DNA from: Nitrospirota bacterium
GTDB taxonomy: Bacteria > Nitrospirota > Nitrospiria > Nitrospirales > Nitrospiraceae
Length of the DNA stretch: 64,000 nucleotides
Assembly (NCBI GenBank): GCA_963701855.1
Contig: CAVPBK010000006.1
Coordinates: 960,001 to 1,024,000, forward strand
Direction: 5' to 3'
Below, piece after piece: positions 42,527 to 52,421 of the stretch. The notes beneath the pieces were generated by a model. It searched no databases and was not told the DNA's origin. It saw only the letters and a program-made list of their open reading frames with translations. A program made the translations under genes and the position numbers. Numbering within the stretch: the first letter of the stretch is position 1; each line of letters begins with the position of its first letter.

Positions 42527-42949
42527 ATGGCAGGAAAGATATTATTAGAAGTGGTGACGCCGGAGAAGTTGCTCTTGAGCCAGCAGGTGGATGAGGTCAT
42601 CGCACCAGGCTCAGAGGGTGAGTTCGGCGTGTTGCCGGGACACTGTCATTTCCTTTCTACATTACGCATCGGTGAGCTTCGCTATCGCATTGGCGACCAG
42701 ACCAACCACATGGCGGTCCTCTGGGGCTATGCGGAGGTCACACCAACCAAAGTGACGATCATGGCCGAGATCGCCGAGAAGGCCGAAGATATCGATGTGG
42801 GCCGCGCCCAAGCCGCCGTTGAGAAGGCCGAACAGCGCCTGAAGGCCGGCGGCCTGCCGTCCGAACTCAAAGAAGCTGAAATCAGTCTAGAAAAAGCCCG
42901 CCTCCGCAAGAAGATCGTCAACCGCGCCGGCAAAAACGGCCACGCCTGA
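42527..42949 (+). CDS. atpC: F1 ATP synthase subunit epsilon
   Basis: LEVVTPE, GEFGVLPGH, and AEDIDVGRA helical C-terminus. Confidence 0.97.
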   Translation: MAGKILLEVVTPEKLLLSQQVDEVIAPGSEGEFGVLPGHCHFLSTLRIGELRYRIGDQTNHMAVLWGYAEVTPTKVTIMAEIAEKAEDIDVGRAQAAVEKAEQRLKAGGLPSELKEAEISLEKARLRKKIVNRAGKNGHA

Positions 42950-43071
42950 TTTTCAAAGCTTTCCACATCTCCACATACACCATGACTGGTCCTTGGTATG
43001 ACCAAGAGGGAAGACCGGTTCTTGGGGCATGCGGAATGATGGAAAACGATCACTCTTGGTAATCCATCGTC

Positions 43072-44212
43072 TAGTGTAGTGTATCAGTAATATCTTTACA
43101 GTGCTGGTCGGGTCTGGTAGCATCCACGGTATGTGGACTCCCCCCGACGCGTTGCGTATGACGGTCGAACAGAAACAGACGTTGGGCGCGTGGATTCGGG
43201 CGAAGGCCACCCCCCAGAGGATCGTCCTGCGGTCGCGGATTTGCCTGCTGGCGGCCGAGGGGATTGCCACTACCGCCATTGCCCAGCGCTTGGAAACCTC
43301 GCGTCCGACCGTGCGGCTGTGGCGGAATCGGTTCACCGAGGCGGGACCTTCGGGTCTGTCCGAGGATGCCCCGCATGGTCCCAGTGCCCAACGCTTGTCG
43401 CCCCGGAAAGTCTGGGCCATCGTGGAGGCCACCCTGCAGACCACGCCGCCCGACGCGACCCACTGGAGCACGCGGACGATGGCGAACGCGCAGGGGGTCA
43501 GCCATGTCAGCGTGGCGCGAATCTGGGACGCGCACGGCTTGAAACCGCACCGGAGCAAAACCTTCAAGTTGTCGACCGACCAGCGGTTTGTCGAGACGTT
43601 GACGGACGTGCTCGGCGTCTACCTCAACCCTCCGGACAAGGCGCTGGTGCTCTGCGTGGATGAAAAATCGCAGGTGCAGGCGTTGGACCGGACGCAACCG
43701 GGCTTGCCGATGAAGAAGGGGCGCTGCGGCACCATGACGCACGACTACAAGCGCCACGGGACCACCTGTCTGTTCGCGGCGCTCAATGTGCTGGACGGCA
43801 CCGTGATCGGCACCTGTTACCCGCGGCACCGCCACGAGGAGTTTCTGAAGTTCCTGCGCACCATTGACCGAGACACGCCGCATGGGGTGGCCCTCCACTT
43901 GATCCTGGACAACTACGGGACACACAACCACCCCCAGGTGAAGACGTGGCTGGAGAAGCATCCACGATTCCACCTGCACGTTACCCCAACGAGTGCCTCG
44001 TGGCTGAATCTGGTCGAACGATGGTTCGGGGAGATCACGCGGAAGCGCATCCGACGCGGCGTCTTCAAGAGCGTGCCGGAACTGGTCGCAGCCATCGACG
44101 AGTTCACTCGACTCACGAACAAGAACCCCAAGCCGTTCGTGTGGACCAAAACAGTCAAAGACATTCTGACGAAGATCAAGCATTGTAAAGCCGTTATTGA
44201 GACAGAACACTA
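43072..44212 (+). mobile_element. IS630-family insertion sequence
   Basis: TA at both ends. Imperfect IRs TAGTGTAGTGTATCAGTAA and (revcomp) TAGTGTTCTGTCTCAATAA. Confidence 0.9.
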
Positions 44213-44213
44213 G
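43131..44213 (+). CDS. IS630 transposase
   Basis: THWSTR HTH, CVDEKS, HDYKRHGTT, LDNYGTH, SWLNLVERWF and PKPFVWT. Confidence 0.95.
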   Translation: MWTPPDALRMTVEQKQTLGAWIRAKATPQRIVLRSRICLLAAEGIATTAIAQRLETSRPTVRLWRNRFTEAGPSGLSEDAPHGPSAQRLSPRKVWAIVEATLQTTPPDATHWSTRTMANAQGVSHVSVARIWDAHGLKPHRSKTFKLSTDQRFVETLTDVLGVYLNPPDKALVLCVDEKSQVQALDRTQPGLPMKKGRCGTMTHDYKRHGTTCLFAALNVLDGTVIGTCYPRHRHEEFLKFLRTIDRDTPHGVALHLILDNYGTHNHPQVKTWLEKHPRFHLHVTPTSASWLNLVERWFGEITRKRIRRGVFKSVPELVAAIDEFTRLTNKNPKPFVWTKTVKDILTKIKHCKAVIETEH

Positions 44214-44392
44214 GAGCCTGTCCGACATTGCCTTCGTGACGAGGCGAAGAAGGCACAACCAGATAAAAGGCGAGATTGGAAGAACCGGAGCATATTCGAT
44301 GGAATAGGTTAAGGAGCCTTCATGGCCGAGCACGACGCAGCCGGTCGCGGATCGTTCATCGCAATAGAACGGTCAATGTCGGAGAGGCTCCT
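44212..44392. mobile_element. MITE (181 bp)
   Basis: 19-bp terminal inverted repeats AGGAGCCTGTCCGACATTG and CAATGTCGGAGAGGCTCCT (18/19). Confidence 0.8.
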
Positions 44393-44394
44393 CG

Positions 44395-45090
44395 TTAGAA
44401 GAAGACCGATTGCCAGAGTGAAGAAATCCAATTCTTGAAGAAGGTCAACCAGTCCTCTTCGACTGGTTCGGACGGCTGGCCTCTCCGCGGTGGTATCGGG
44501 TTCGCTACGGGCTGATTGACTGATGCTGCCGTTGGCGTCACGGTCGCCTTGGGAGCAGGCTCGTTCGGAACAGAAGTTTGTGCTGAGGGAATAAGTGTTG
44601 TGTTAACCGGTTGGTTGGTCGCTACGGCCAAAGGGGGGGTTGGTGGTGCATTGCGTTCATCTACCGGGCGCAACTGTGACGTATAGTTGTCAACGGTTGA
44701 TTGCAGAGCGGCCCGCTGTTTGGTTGCACGTTTGAACCCGTCCCGCAAGCTCTTCTGTTCATCGGCCAGGTGCTTGATCGTTCGATTGAGGCTGCTCAAT
44801 CGTTTTTGCGATGCCGTACGCTCGGCTTTCATCTCCTTCGTGGTTTGATCGAGCGCCATCGAGGCGACCACCACTTGATTAGCGAGGTCTTTCTTGCGTT
44901 GTTGGAGGTTGTTGACCAGTTGGTCGAGCCCCTGCGTTTCGGCTCTGGCGCTCTGGAGATCGGATTTCGTCGCATCAAGATCGGCGGTGGCTGTCTCGTA
45001 GGTCCTCTGCGTGACACAAGCGCCGGTCGTGAGAGTGGCGAGACACAACATAGCGATGGCTGCGGTGTGAATGTTCTTGTTACGTTTCAT
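44395..45090 (-). CDS. Coiled-coil lipoprotein with Pro-rich tail
   Basis: Signal with TGAC lipobox, heptad region, amphipathic Trp-rich C-terminus. GAGGA RBS. Confidence 0.7.
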   Translation of the reverse strand: MKRNKNIHTAAIAMLCLATLTTGACVTQRTYETATADLDATKSDLQSARAETQGLDQLVNNLQQRKKDLANQVVVASMALDQTTKEMKAERTASQKRLSSLNRTIKHLADEQKSLRDGFKRATKQRAALQSTVDNYTSQLRPVDERNAPPTPPLAVATNQPVNTTLIPSAQTSVPNEPAPKATVTPTAASVNQPVANPIPPRRGQPSEPVEEDWLTFFKNWISSLWQSVFF

Positions 45091-45242
45091 GGTGTCGTCC
45101 TCATCGTAATCGCTCAGCAGGCCGCCCCTCTGTAACTCCGACATCTCGTAGCTTGAAGAATCCCTTTACACGTTAATTAGATACGGCACAAATGGGACGC
45201 GCTAGTTTCACGAATATTCAGTAGCGTATTTTTTGCGATTGT

Positions 45243-45257
45243 GCAAGCAATGTGCCG
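45243..45257 (-). promoter_or_regulatory. Putative sigma54 promoter (coiled-coil lipoprotein)
   Basis: CGGCACATTGCTTGC. Confidence 0.5.
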
Positions 45258-45469
45258 ATTTCTGCACGAAGAACACCGTGGGTAATTTCACTGCGAGGGG
45301 CAAGACACATTTCGACATGCCTGGGTTGAGCGGGAGAAGAATTGGTGGGAACTCAACCTAACCTTCCGATTGCAATTGATTCTTGCGCTGCAGTAGCGTT
45401 GCCTATGGAGCCATCTGATGCCGAATTCAATTGTTGCCGGGGTGGTCCATTCCATGTATAAGGCACCCC

Positions 45470-46440
45470 ATGAACATACACCAGTGGCATTTCAGAATCG
45501 GCTGCCTCCTCGCCGGCGGGCTGCTTGTGCTGCTCAATTTAGCGGCATGTAGCAGTCCCCCGCTTGTGGCGTGTCCCATCCAGACAGAACTCACCTGGTT
45601 TGTCTGGTTGGATACGTATCAGGAGTTCGAAAAATCCCAGAAACTGCAGTACGATCATCCGGCTGAATGGAACGAGCGTGAGCTTGCGACGATTCTTTCC
45701 CGACTGTTGGTTCAGCCGGAGATGGGATTGCCCGACTCCAAACGTCCTCCTATTCCTGTCTTTACCGCCGAGGAAATTTCGCGTATGACGCCGACCCTGC
45801 GCACGGCATTTCAGCAGGCGCGGGGGTCAGAGTGGATGACGTTTGCGTTCTTGTATCCCACGGGCACAAACCTGAGGTCACATCAGGAACCTTCTTCATC
45901 GCGAACCGGCGGTTGCACGTGGCCATCGCTAATGAACGAGAAGTCATCAACCAATTTTCCACGGATATTGAGCTTGTCCGGAAAAACCCCATGCGATCCA
46001 TACGGGGAGTCCATGGACATCTGACGTTTGATCCGGCCCGGTTTATTGTGGAGACCGCCTCCAATTGGTCAGGAGGCTCAAATAACTCGGCCAGTGAGCG
46101 CGTGTTGGACTATCGAGAGATTCACACGATGCCCACGCCGTTCTTCTCTTCTGTGGCAGCCGTCCCGATGGCTGTGGCCTCGACTGGCTCCGGCGCGGGC
46201 CAGGCGTTGTGCGAAGGTTCTACAATCGGTCCTGCCTCTTTGAATGGCGGTACAGCGACGGAGCGCGACCTTGAACGAGAAAACCGAGACCTGAATGCGC
46301 AGGTGCGTCAGCTTGAGATACAGATCGAGGCCGTAACTCAACGTCTCAATGAACAGGAGCTCGTCTTACTCCAGCTTAGGAAGGACATTAATGCTGTTCG
46401 GTCGACGAAAACCAGAAAAGACTCGCGTCCTTCTCCATAA
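45470..46440 (+). pseudogene. Lipoprotein with coiled-coil tail, split by a frameshift at ~45873
   Basis: LAAC lipobox. ...FLYPTGTNL continues as EVTSGTFF... in the overlapping frame. Confidence 0.6.
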
Positions 46441-46451
46441 GCGACGCCATC

Positions 46452-47444
46452 TTGTTGTTGTCCGAGGCTGCTCCTGCCGTGGTCACTGAGTTCGTCGTCA
46501 CATCCGGCGAGGCGCCGAAACGGCTGGATATCTTTCTGGTCAATCGTGAGCCAAAACTATCGCGGTCGGCCTTGCAACGGTTGATTGGGCAAGGACGTGT
46601 GCGAATCAACGGTCAGGTTGTTAAGCCCAGTCAAAAGATCAAGCCTGGCGACACCATCGCCTTCGACATTCCAAAAGCAGAGCCACTAGAACTCAAAGGC
46701 GAATCGATTCCACTTGATATTCTCTATGAGGACGACGTGTTGCTGCTTCTCAATAAACCGGCCGGCTTGGTGGTTCATCCTGCGCCGGGTCATTGGGCCG
46801 GGACGTTGGTCAATGCCCTCCTCTATCATTTTCAGACCTCCGGTGGCACCGTGTCGACGATTGGCGGGAAAGAACGGCCTGGACTGGTCCATCGGCTGGA
46901 CAAGGATACCTCCGGCGTAATGGTGATTGCCAAAACAGACGAAGCCCATCGTGCTCTTTCGGCTCAATTCAAACATCACACGATCACGCGGGTGTACGAG
47001 GCTCTGATCTCAGGCATGCCGAAAAAATGTCATGGGTTGATCGAGCTGGCGATTGGCCGTGACAAGAAGGAGCGGAAAAAATTCTCCGCCCATACTGCGA
47101 GACCGAAGGAGTCTGTGACAGAATACAAGGTCGACCGTCGATTCGGGAAACTGGCCGCTCATGTGCTCTTGTACCCACGCACAGGCCGGACGCACCAGCT
47201 TCGTGTCCATCTGACGTCGCTGGGCCATCCGATTCTGGGAGATCAGACCTATGGCGGGAAGAAGGTCTGCACCGTTGAGACTGTCGAGATCCCCCGCGTG
47301 ATGTTGCATGCAAGAACCCTGGGCTTCCACCACCCTTCGACCGGAGAGTTTCATGAGTATACAAAGCCTTTCCCGTCCGATATGGAGCAGGTGGTTCAGG
47401 CCCTCGCCGGTCTCACGCCTCCTCAAGGCACCAGAAAATCTTGA
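46452..47444 (+). CDS. rluD: RluA/RluD family 23S rRNA pseudouridine synthase
   Basis: S4 domain, NKPAGLVVHP, HRLDKDTSG and TGRTHQLRVH. Confidence 0.93.
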   Translation: MLLSEAAPAVVTEFVVTSGEAPKRLDIFLVNREPKLSRSALQRLIGQGRVRINGQVVKPSQKIKPGDTIAFDIPKAEPLELKGESIPLDILYEDDVLLLLNKPAGLVVHPAPGHWAGTLVNALLYHFQTSGGTVSTIGGKERPGLVHRLDKDTSGVMVIAKTDEAHRALSAQFKHHTITRVYEALISGMPKKCHGLIELAIGRDKKERKKFSAHTARPKESVTEYKVDRRFGKLAAHVLLYPRTGRTHQLRVHLTSLGHPILGDQTYGGKKVCTVETVEIPRVMLHARTLGFHHPSTGEFHEYTKPFPSDMEQVVQALAGLTPPQGTRKS

Positions 47445-47492
47445 TAGGCCTGTCAGCTTGGCGTAAACAATGCCGCCTCGAAGGATAAGTTC

Positions 47493-47915
47493 ATGCAGAC
47501 CACCGATGTACTGGACGTGATGGGCGGATTGATTGCTCAGTTGAAGGTCTATGCGGCAAAATTGCCGCCGATCGTTCACCTGTCGGCAGTGCCGACCGGC
47601 GTGAAGCCCAAGTTTGAGGCAATCGAAGAGTATGAAGAGATCGTCTCCAGGTTCCGGAGCCAAAGCGCCGGGACTCCCTATAGAGGTCTGAACGAATTAT
47701 TTGTGGAATCGTTGGAAGCCTTCGAAGTCGGCCGATTGCTCGGCTCTGTCCATCCGCTCCTCTCGGTACTCGATCATCTGGAACGAATGCAGCGGGATAA
47801 AGAGGTCAAAATCGGACGGATCGACCAGGAGCGCACAGGCGAGTATCGGTCCACACTGAATAAAATTCTACCTGGCAACAAGCCGGAGTTGGACGGCGCC
47901 GGACGGGGAATGTGA
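47493..47915 (+). CDS. Hypothetical protein
   Basis: 140-aa ORF with AAGGA RBS and normal composition. Confidence 0.7.
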   Translation: MQTTDVLDVMGGLIAQLKVYAAKLPPIVHLSAVPTGVKPKFEAIEEYEEIVSRFRSQSAGTPYRGLNELFVESLEAFEVGRLLGSVHPLLSVLDHLERMQRDKEVKIGRIDQERTGEYRSTLNKILPGNKPELDGAGRGM

Positions 47916-47973
47916 CTAGAGTGCTGCGTTGGGCCTCAACTCAAAGCTTTCAACTCAGGACTCTACGAAGCGG

Positions 47974-48153
47974 TCAATGCCCCATTTTAGGGCCGGCAGC
48001 CGTGTCTCCCTGCGATACAAGCGCGAAGCGAACGGTTGACCCACAATGAGGGCACTTGGCTCGAATGGTCGACTCATCCAGGAGTTCATATTGGTTCTCT
48101 GTGAGCCACATGAGTTGAGAGCACTTGGGGCAGCTACGGACTTGCGTTGCCAT
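47974..48153 (-). CDS. Small zinc-ribbon protein (59 aa)
   Basis: CPKC...CPHC motifs. GAGGA RBS. Confidence 0.75.
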   Translation of the reverse strand: MATQVRSCPKCSQLMWLTENQYELLDESTIRAKCPHCGSTVRFALVSQGDTAAGPKMGH

Positions 48154-48215
48154 GATGTTCCTCGTACACTCCGCGTGATCTTGGTTGTTGTCACTGGGAG
48201 ATAATCTAGTACAAG

Positions 48216-48647
48216 ATGACCCCAACCCTCAAGCCCGCCATCACCTTCACTGAAAAGAAGCATATCGACCCAGTCAAGCTCGTCCGCCTTTACCAGCAAG
48301 CGCCTTGGGCCAAAGGACGAACGCTTGAGGATGCACGCGAGATGCTGCGCCACACCGATATGGCCGTGACTGCGTGGGATGGGGATCTGCTGATCGGATT
48401 TGGCCGAGTATTAACGGACTATGTCTATCGAGCGACCATCTGGGATGTCATCGTCGATAAGGCATACCAGCGTCAAGGCATCGGCGCAGATATCGTCCAG
48501 CGCATCCTGAACCAGCCCCGCCTCAAGAAAGTCGAACTCTTCTGGCTCTGCACACGCATGCCGGGTTTTTACGAAAAACTTGGTTTTAGCTCAAAGGAGC
48601 AGACTGGGATGGTGTGGAGCCGATCAAAGCAAGGCCGGCAGGAATAG
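48216..48647 (+). CDS. GNAT family N-acetyltransferase
   Basis: V...YQRQGIG and FYEKLGF. Confidence 0.92.
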   Translation: MTPTLKPAITFTEKKHIDPVKLVRLYQQAPWAKGRTLEDAREMLRHTDMAVTAWDGDLLIGFGRVLTDYVYRATIWDVIVDKAYQRQGIGADIVQRILNQPRLKKVELFWLCTRMPGFYEKLGFSSKEQTGMVWSRSKQGRQE

Positions 48648-48760
48648 ATCGCTTTCTCCGAGCCTGATATCGTTTATCCCTGTCCATCTATCGTATCTGA
48701 CGTAGAACCCCCGCAACCCGAGGGATCCGCGTGACTCAAGCTGTCTCGAGTATTCAGAAA

Positions 48761-49402
48761 TTAAAAGAAAAGCTTGGCGCCGAAGAGGAAGCCGAAAGAA
48801 GAGGCGTTCCAGTCGTTATCCCGTGAACCATTCACCGTGGCGTGGCCGTCGTTACGTTTGTAGGCCATTTCCGTGTTCAGCGCAAACTGCTTGGTGAGCA
48901 TATAGTCGGCGCCCCAGCCGAGTCTCCACGCAAATGTGTTGCTAGGGCTAATTTGGGTGCCGGTATTCTCTCCAAAGCTATTCACGTTTACGCCGAAACT
49001 CATATTTGCATAGGGTATGACTGGGCCAAACTTGACCGGACGGACTTCCACTGTCGGAAGCACAGATATGGTGTCTTGATGGCCTAAGTCCCGGTCGGGC
49101 TGTTCTTGATTCACGGTATGGCGCTCCCACTCTAACATCATCCCGACCAAGAGCCACTTGTTGAGACTATACATGCCTTGGAAATTAACCAAGGAGCCCA
49201 CCTCGGTTGAGGTATTAGCAGTCAACGATTGGGTCAAGGGGGCAAATCCTGCGCGCATGCCGAGGACCCATTTCCCTTCCTCAATACCGCCGAAGCTCTG
49301 TTTGCCATCTTCCGCCAAGACCAGCTGAGCAGGAGACAGGATCGAGACAACACTCACTATCATAAACCCAATCATACAAGCCCGTAACGCTACGAATCGC
49401 AT
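48761..49402 (-). CDS. Eight-stranded outer-membrane beta-barrel (OmpW/OmpA-barrel-like)
   Basis: Signal peptide, PYA..G and GADY motifs, C-terminal GAKLFF. Confidence 0.8.
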   Translation of the reverse strand: MRFVALRACMIGFMIVSVVSILSPAQLVLAEDGKQSFGGIEEGKWVLGMRAGFAPLTQSLTANTSTEVGSLVNFQGMYSLNKWLLVGMMLEWERHTVNQEQPDRDLGHQDTISVLPTVEVRPVKFGPVIPYANMSFGVNVNSFGENTGTQISPSNTFAWRLGWGADYMLTKQFALNTEMAYKRNDGHATVNGSRDNDWNASSFGFLFGAKLFF

Positions 49403-49458
49403 GAAACTCCTCCTCTGATATATTTGAGTGAAAATATCGTGATGACTTGCCCCTCAGC

Positions 49459-49473
49459 GCAAATTCTATGCCT
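49459..49473 (-). promoter_or_regulatory. Putative sigma54 promoter (beta-barrel gene)
   Basis: AGGCATAGAATTTGC. Confidence 0.45.
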
Positions 49474-49648
49474 CATGACACCGAGGCTAGTAGGTGCATC
49501 TTCCTCTGCAATAATCTAACTATTTGGCAACTTCTGCATCGACCCAGAGAATCGCCCTTGCCGTCAGATATCTTGCAAGTCATCAACTGACTCGTGAATG
49601 ACACAGTGGCTGTACGCATAGCCCTACAGTCAGGTTAAAATGAGATAT

Positions 49649-50473
49649 CTAGTGAGCACGCGCGGTACGTTTCATTCTTTTTGGAGAGAGCAGCACCGAG
49701 ATGAAGAAGACGGTTGTGGCGAGAAGGACGATTGCGGGTCCGGAAGGCACATCCCAGGTTGCAGAGATTACTACTCCGGTTACGGCCGTAGTCACGCCGA
49801 TAATGGTGGAATATAGGGTGAGTGTCCTGAGGCTGGAGGTGAGTTGATATGCTGTTGAGGCAGGAATCAGAATCATGGCAAACACGAGAATAGCGCCGAC
49901 AGTTTTCAAAGAGACCACGACCGTGAGAGCGACAAGAGTCAACAGGAGAAAGAACATACGTCGCGCTGGGACGCCGGAGGCCTCGGCCATCTCTTGATCG
50001 AACGCGATAAAGTATAGTTCTTTCGAAAACAACAAAATGAGACCGAGCACCAGGATGCTCAACCCTCCAATGATGCGCAGCTCTTCACTCGTGACCGACA
50101 GGACACTCCCAAATAGATAGCCGTACACCTCCGCATTGTAACTTTTCATGAGGCCGATGAAGAGAATGGCCAGCGCCATCGTTGTGGTGTAGAGAATGCC
50201 GATCGAGACGTCCAGTTTCATCCGGCCTTTTTCTTCGACCCAGCCCGTTATCCACACCGTGGCAAGACCAAAGAGGATCGCCAGCCCCAGCGGAGGCCAG
50301 CCCATGAGGTAGCCTAGCGCCACACCGGCAAACGCCGCATGCGACGTGCCTGCCCCGACAAATGCCAACCCTCGCAGCACGACGAAGACACCGATGACAG
50401 AACAGAGCCCCCCCACCATCGCCGCCGCAAGGAGAGAACGCTGCATGAAGTCATAGGTGAATAGTTCAAGCAT
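49649..50473 (-). CDS. Zn/Mn ABC transporter permease (ZnuB/MntB family)
   Basis: FMQRSLL, SHAAFAG, YLFGSVL and PSGPAIV. Confidence 0.92.
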   Translation of the reverse strand: MLELFTYDFMQRSLLAAAMVGGLCSVIGVFVVLRGLAFVGAGTSHAAFAGVALGYLMGWPPLGLAILFGLATVWITGWVEEKGRMKLDVSIGILYTTTMALAILFIGLMKSYNAEVYGYLFGSVLSVTSEELRIIGGLSILVLGLILLFSKELYFIAFDQEMAEASGVPARRMFFLLLTLVALTVVVSLKTVGAILVFAMILIPASTAYQLTSSLRTLTLYSTIIGVTTAVTGVVISATWDVPSGPAIVLLATTVFFISVLLSPKRMKRTARAH

Positions 50474-50485
50474 TGCACTGTGTAG

Positions 50486-51319
50486 TCAGTGATGGTGGTG
50501 GTAATCCTCAACGATAACAAGATCTTTCTCGGTAATTACCAGATCTTTCCCATAGACCTCGCTGAGGATTTCAGGTTTGAGGACATCAGCGGGAGGCCCT
50601 GCGGCGTAGAGGCGGGTCTTGAGAAGCACGAGCCGGTCCACCCGAGAACGGATCATACTAATGTCATGGGTGATCAAGAGTACGGTGAGTCCAAGTTCGT
50701 CGTGCAGGTGCTCGACCAGCTCTATCACATTATGCTGAGCGGTAATGTCTAGTCCTGTGGTCGGTTCGTCAAGCAGGAGAACTTTGGGCTGTTGGGCTAA
50801 CGCCCTCGCGATGAACACACGCTGCTGCTGGCCGCCGGAGAGATGGCCCAGAGCCGTGTCCTTGTGCCTCTCCATTCCGACATAGGTGAGAGATTCGATT
50901 GCGATCTTCTGATCTTTCGGTCCTGGGCGCTTAAACAAACCCAATGCCCCATATCGGCCCATCAGCACCGTTTCAAGCACCGTGACCGGAAAGTTACGAT
51001 CCACAACACCCTTTTGCGGGAGGTATCCGATCTTCGCCCGGTGGTGGCACCGCAATTCATCACAGGCACAATCGAAAATATGGAGACAGCCCTCGACGGG
51101 AGCCATGAGACCCAGTACGGCTCGGCAGAGTGTGGTTTTCCCCGATCCGTTGGGGCCGATGACACCGATAAACTCGCCAGCGTTGATGGATAGGGAAATG
51201 TCCTTGAGCGCGATGACGCCGGGAAATCCGAACGACGCGTGGTCAAACCGAATGATAGGCTCAAGGGAGTCTGGCACGAAACCCGGCGCTCCTTCCGGCG
51301 CTGAGGAGATGGCCCACAA
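50486..51319 (-). CDS. Zn/Mn ABC transporter ATPase (ZnuC family)
   Basis: [24 protein letters not shown], and His tail. Confidence 0.92.
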   Translation of the reverse strand: MWAISSAPEGAPGFVPDSLEPIIRFDHASFGFPGVIALKDISLSINAGEFIGVIGPNGSGKTTLCRAVLGLMAPVEGCLHIFDCACDELRCHHRAKIGYLPQKGVVDRNFPVTVLETVLMGRYGALGLFKRPGPKDQKIAIESLTYVGMERHKDTALGHLSGGQQQRVFIARALAQQPKVLLLDEPTTGLDITAQHNVIELVEHLHDELGLTVLLITHDISMIRSRVDRLVLLKTRLYAAGPPADVLKPEILSEVYGKDLVITEKDLVIVEDYHHHH

Positions 51320-51324
51320 AGCCG

Positions 51325-52278
51325 CTATGGGGACTCTAGGGCATTCGCTAATTGGAGCACATTATAGCGAAGCATGTCGATGTAGGTCTCGGTCCCTGGT
51401 AGGCCACCTGGTAATGTGGTCAAGACGACGATTCGTGCTTTGGTTTCCTTGGCGAGTAGCTCGGGAATTTTTTGACTGAGCTGGATCTCCGATACGATGA
51501 CCTTGATCTTGTCTTTTTTGATCTTGCCGATTAGGGATTGCAGCTGAAGTGCTGATGGCTCTGTGCCGGACTGCATCTGAATGGTCGCGGCCACGTCGAA
51601 GCCAAAGCGCCTTGCCATGTAGGGCCAGGCTGGATGGTGAGCAATGAAGCGACGATCCGGCAACTGTTTGACCCGATCAGAGAGTTCATTCCGCAGTCGG
51701 TCTAATTGCTGAAGATAGACGGCTTGACGGTTTCGGAAGTCTGTTGCATGGGCGGGATCGGCTGCGATCAGAGCTTCGGTAATATGACGCAGCATGATGG
51801 CGACGTTTTCCGGATCCAGCCAGATATGGGGGTTTCCGCTTGACCCCGTCGGCTCTCCCCCCTGATGTGTCCCATCCCGACGCGCTGCATGGTCACGAAT
51901 CAGGGCGATTCCTTGAGATGTCGTGACAACGCGAAGCGACCGGCTTCCGGCATTCTTCACCAGCGAAGAGACCCATACTTCAAGACCGATCCCGACCTCA
52001 AACAACAGTCTGGCATTTCGCACTGCAACCAAGTCGCTCGGTCTCGGCGAATACGTGTGCTCATTTTCATAGCCGCTCAGCAAAGAGGTCACCCGTACGT
52101 GGGGTCCTCCGACTTGTTGAGCCAAATCTTTGAGAACAGGAATTGTGACGACGATATTGAGGGGCTCGTCAAGCGAAGCGGCAAGGGCTAGGGGTGCTGC
52201 GAACAAGCCGTCGCTGACGAAGAGAGCCCAGAGGAGGAGCGCGGATAGAAAACTTAACATGGGCGAGGACGGTAGCAT
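51325..52278 (-). CDS. Zn/Mn ABC substrate-binding protein (ZnuA/TroA family)
   Basis: EHTYSPRP, NPHIWLDP, HHPAW and EPS. Confidence 0.9.
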   Translation of the reverse strand: MLPSSPMLSFLSALLLWALFVSDGLFAAPLALAASLDEPLNIVVTIPVLKDLAQQVGGPHVRVTSLLSGYENEHTYSPRPSDLVAVRNARLLFEVGIGLEVWVSSLVKNAGSRSLRVVTTSQGIALIRDHAARRDGTHQGGEPTGSSGNPHIWLDPENVAIMLRHITEALIAADPAHATDFRNRQAVYLQQLDRLRNELSDRVKQLPDRRFIAHHPAWPYMARRFGFDVAATIQMQSGTEPSALQLQSLIGKIKKDKIKVIVSEIQLSQKIPELLAKETKARIVVLTTLPGGLPGTETYIDMLRYNVLQLANALESP

Positions 52279-52421
52279 CGGGTTCTATCGTTGTCAACGC
52301 AACGATCTGCCCGTACGACTGGAGCTAGATGACAATGTTTCCCTGCTTGACCTCACTGGGTAGTTCCATTAGCGTAGCGGGTCTAAAGCACTTGCAGGGT
52401 AATCACCGGAGGAATCAACGG

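Noticed and set aside
43071..44333. 420-aa minus-strand ORF
   Set aside because: Antisense shadow of the IS630 transposase
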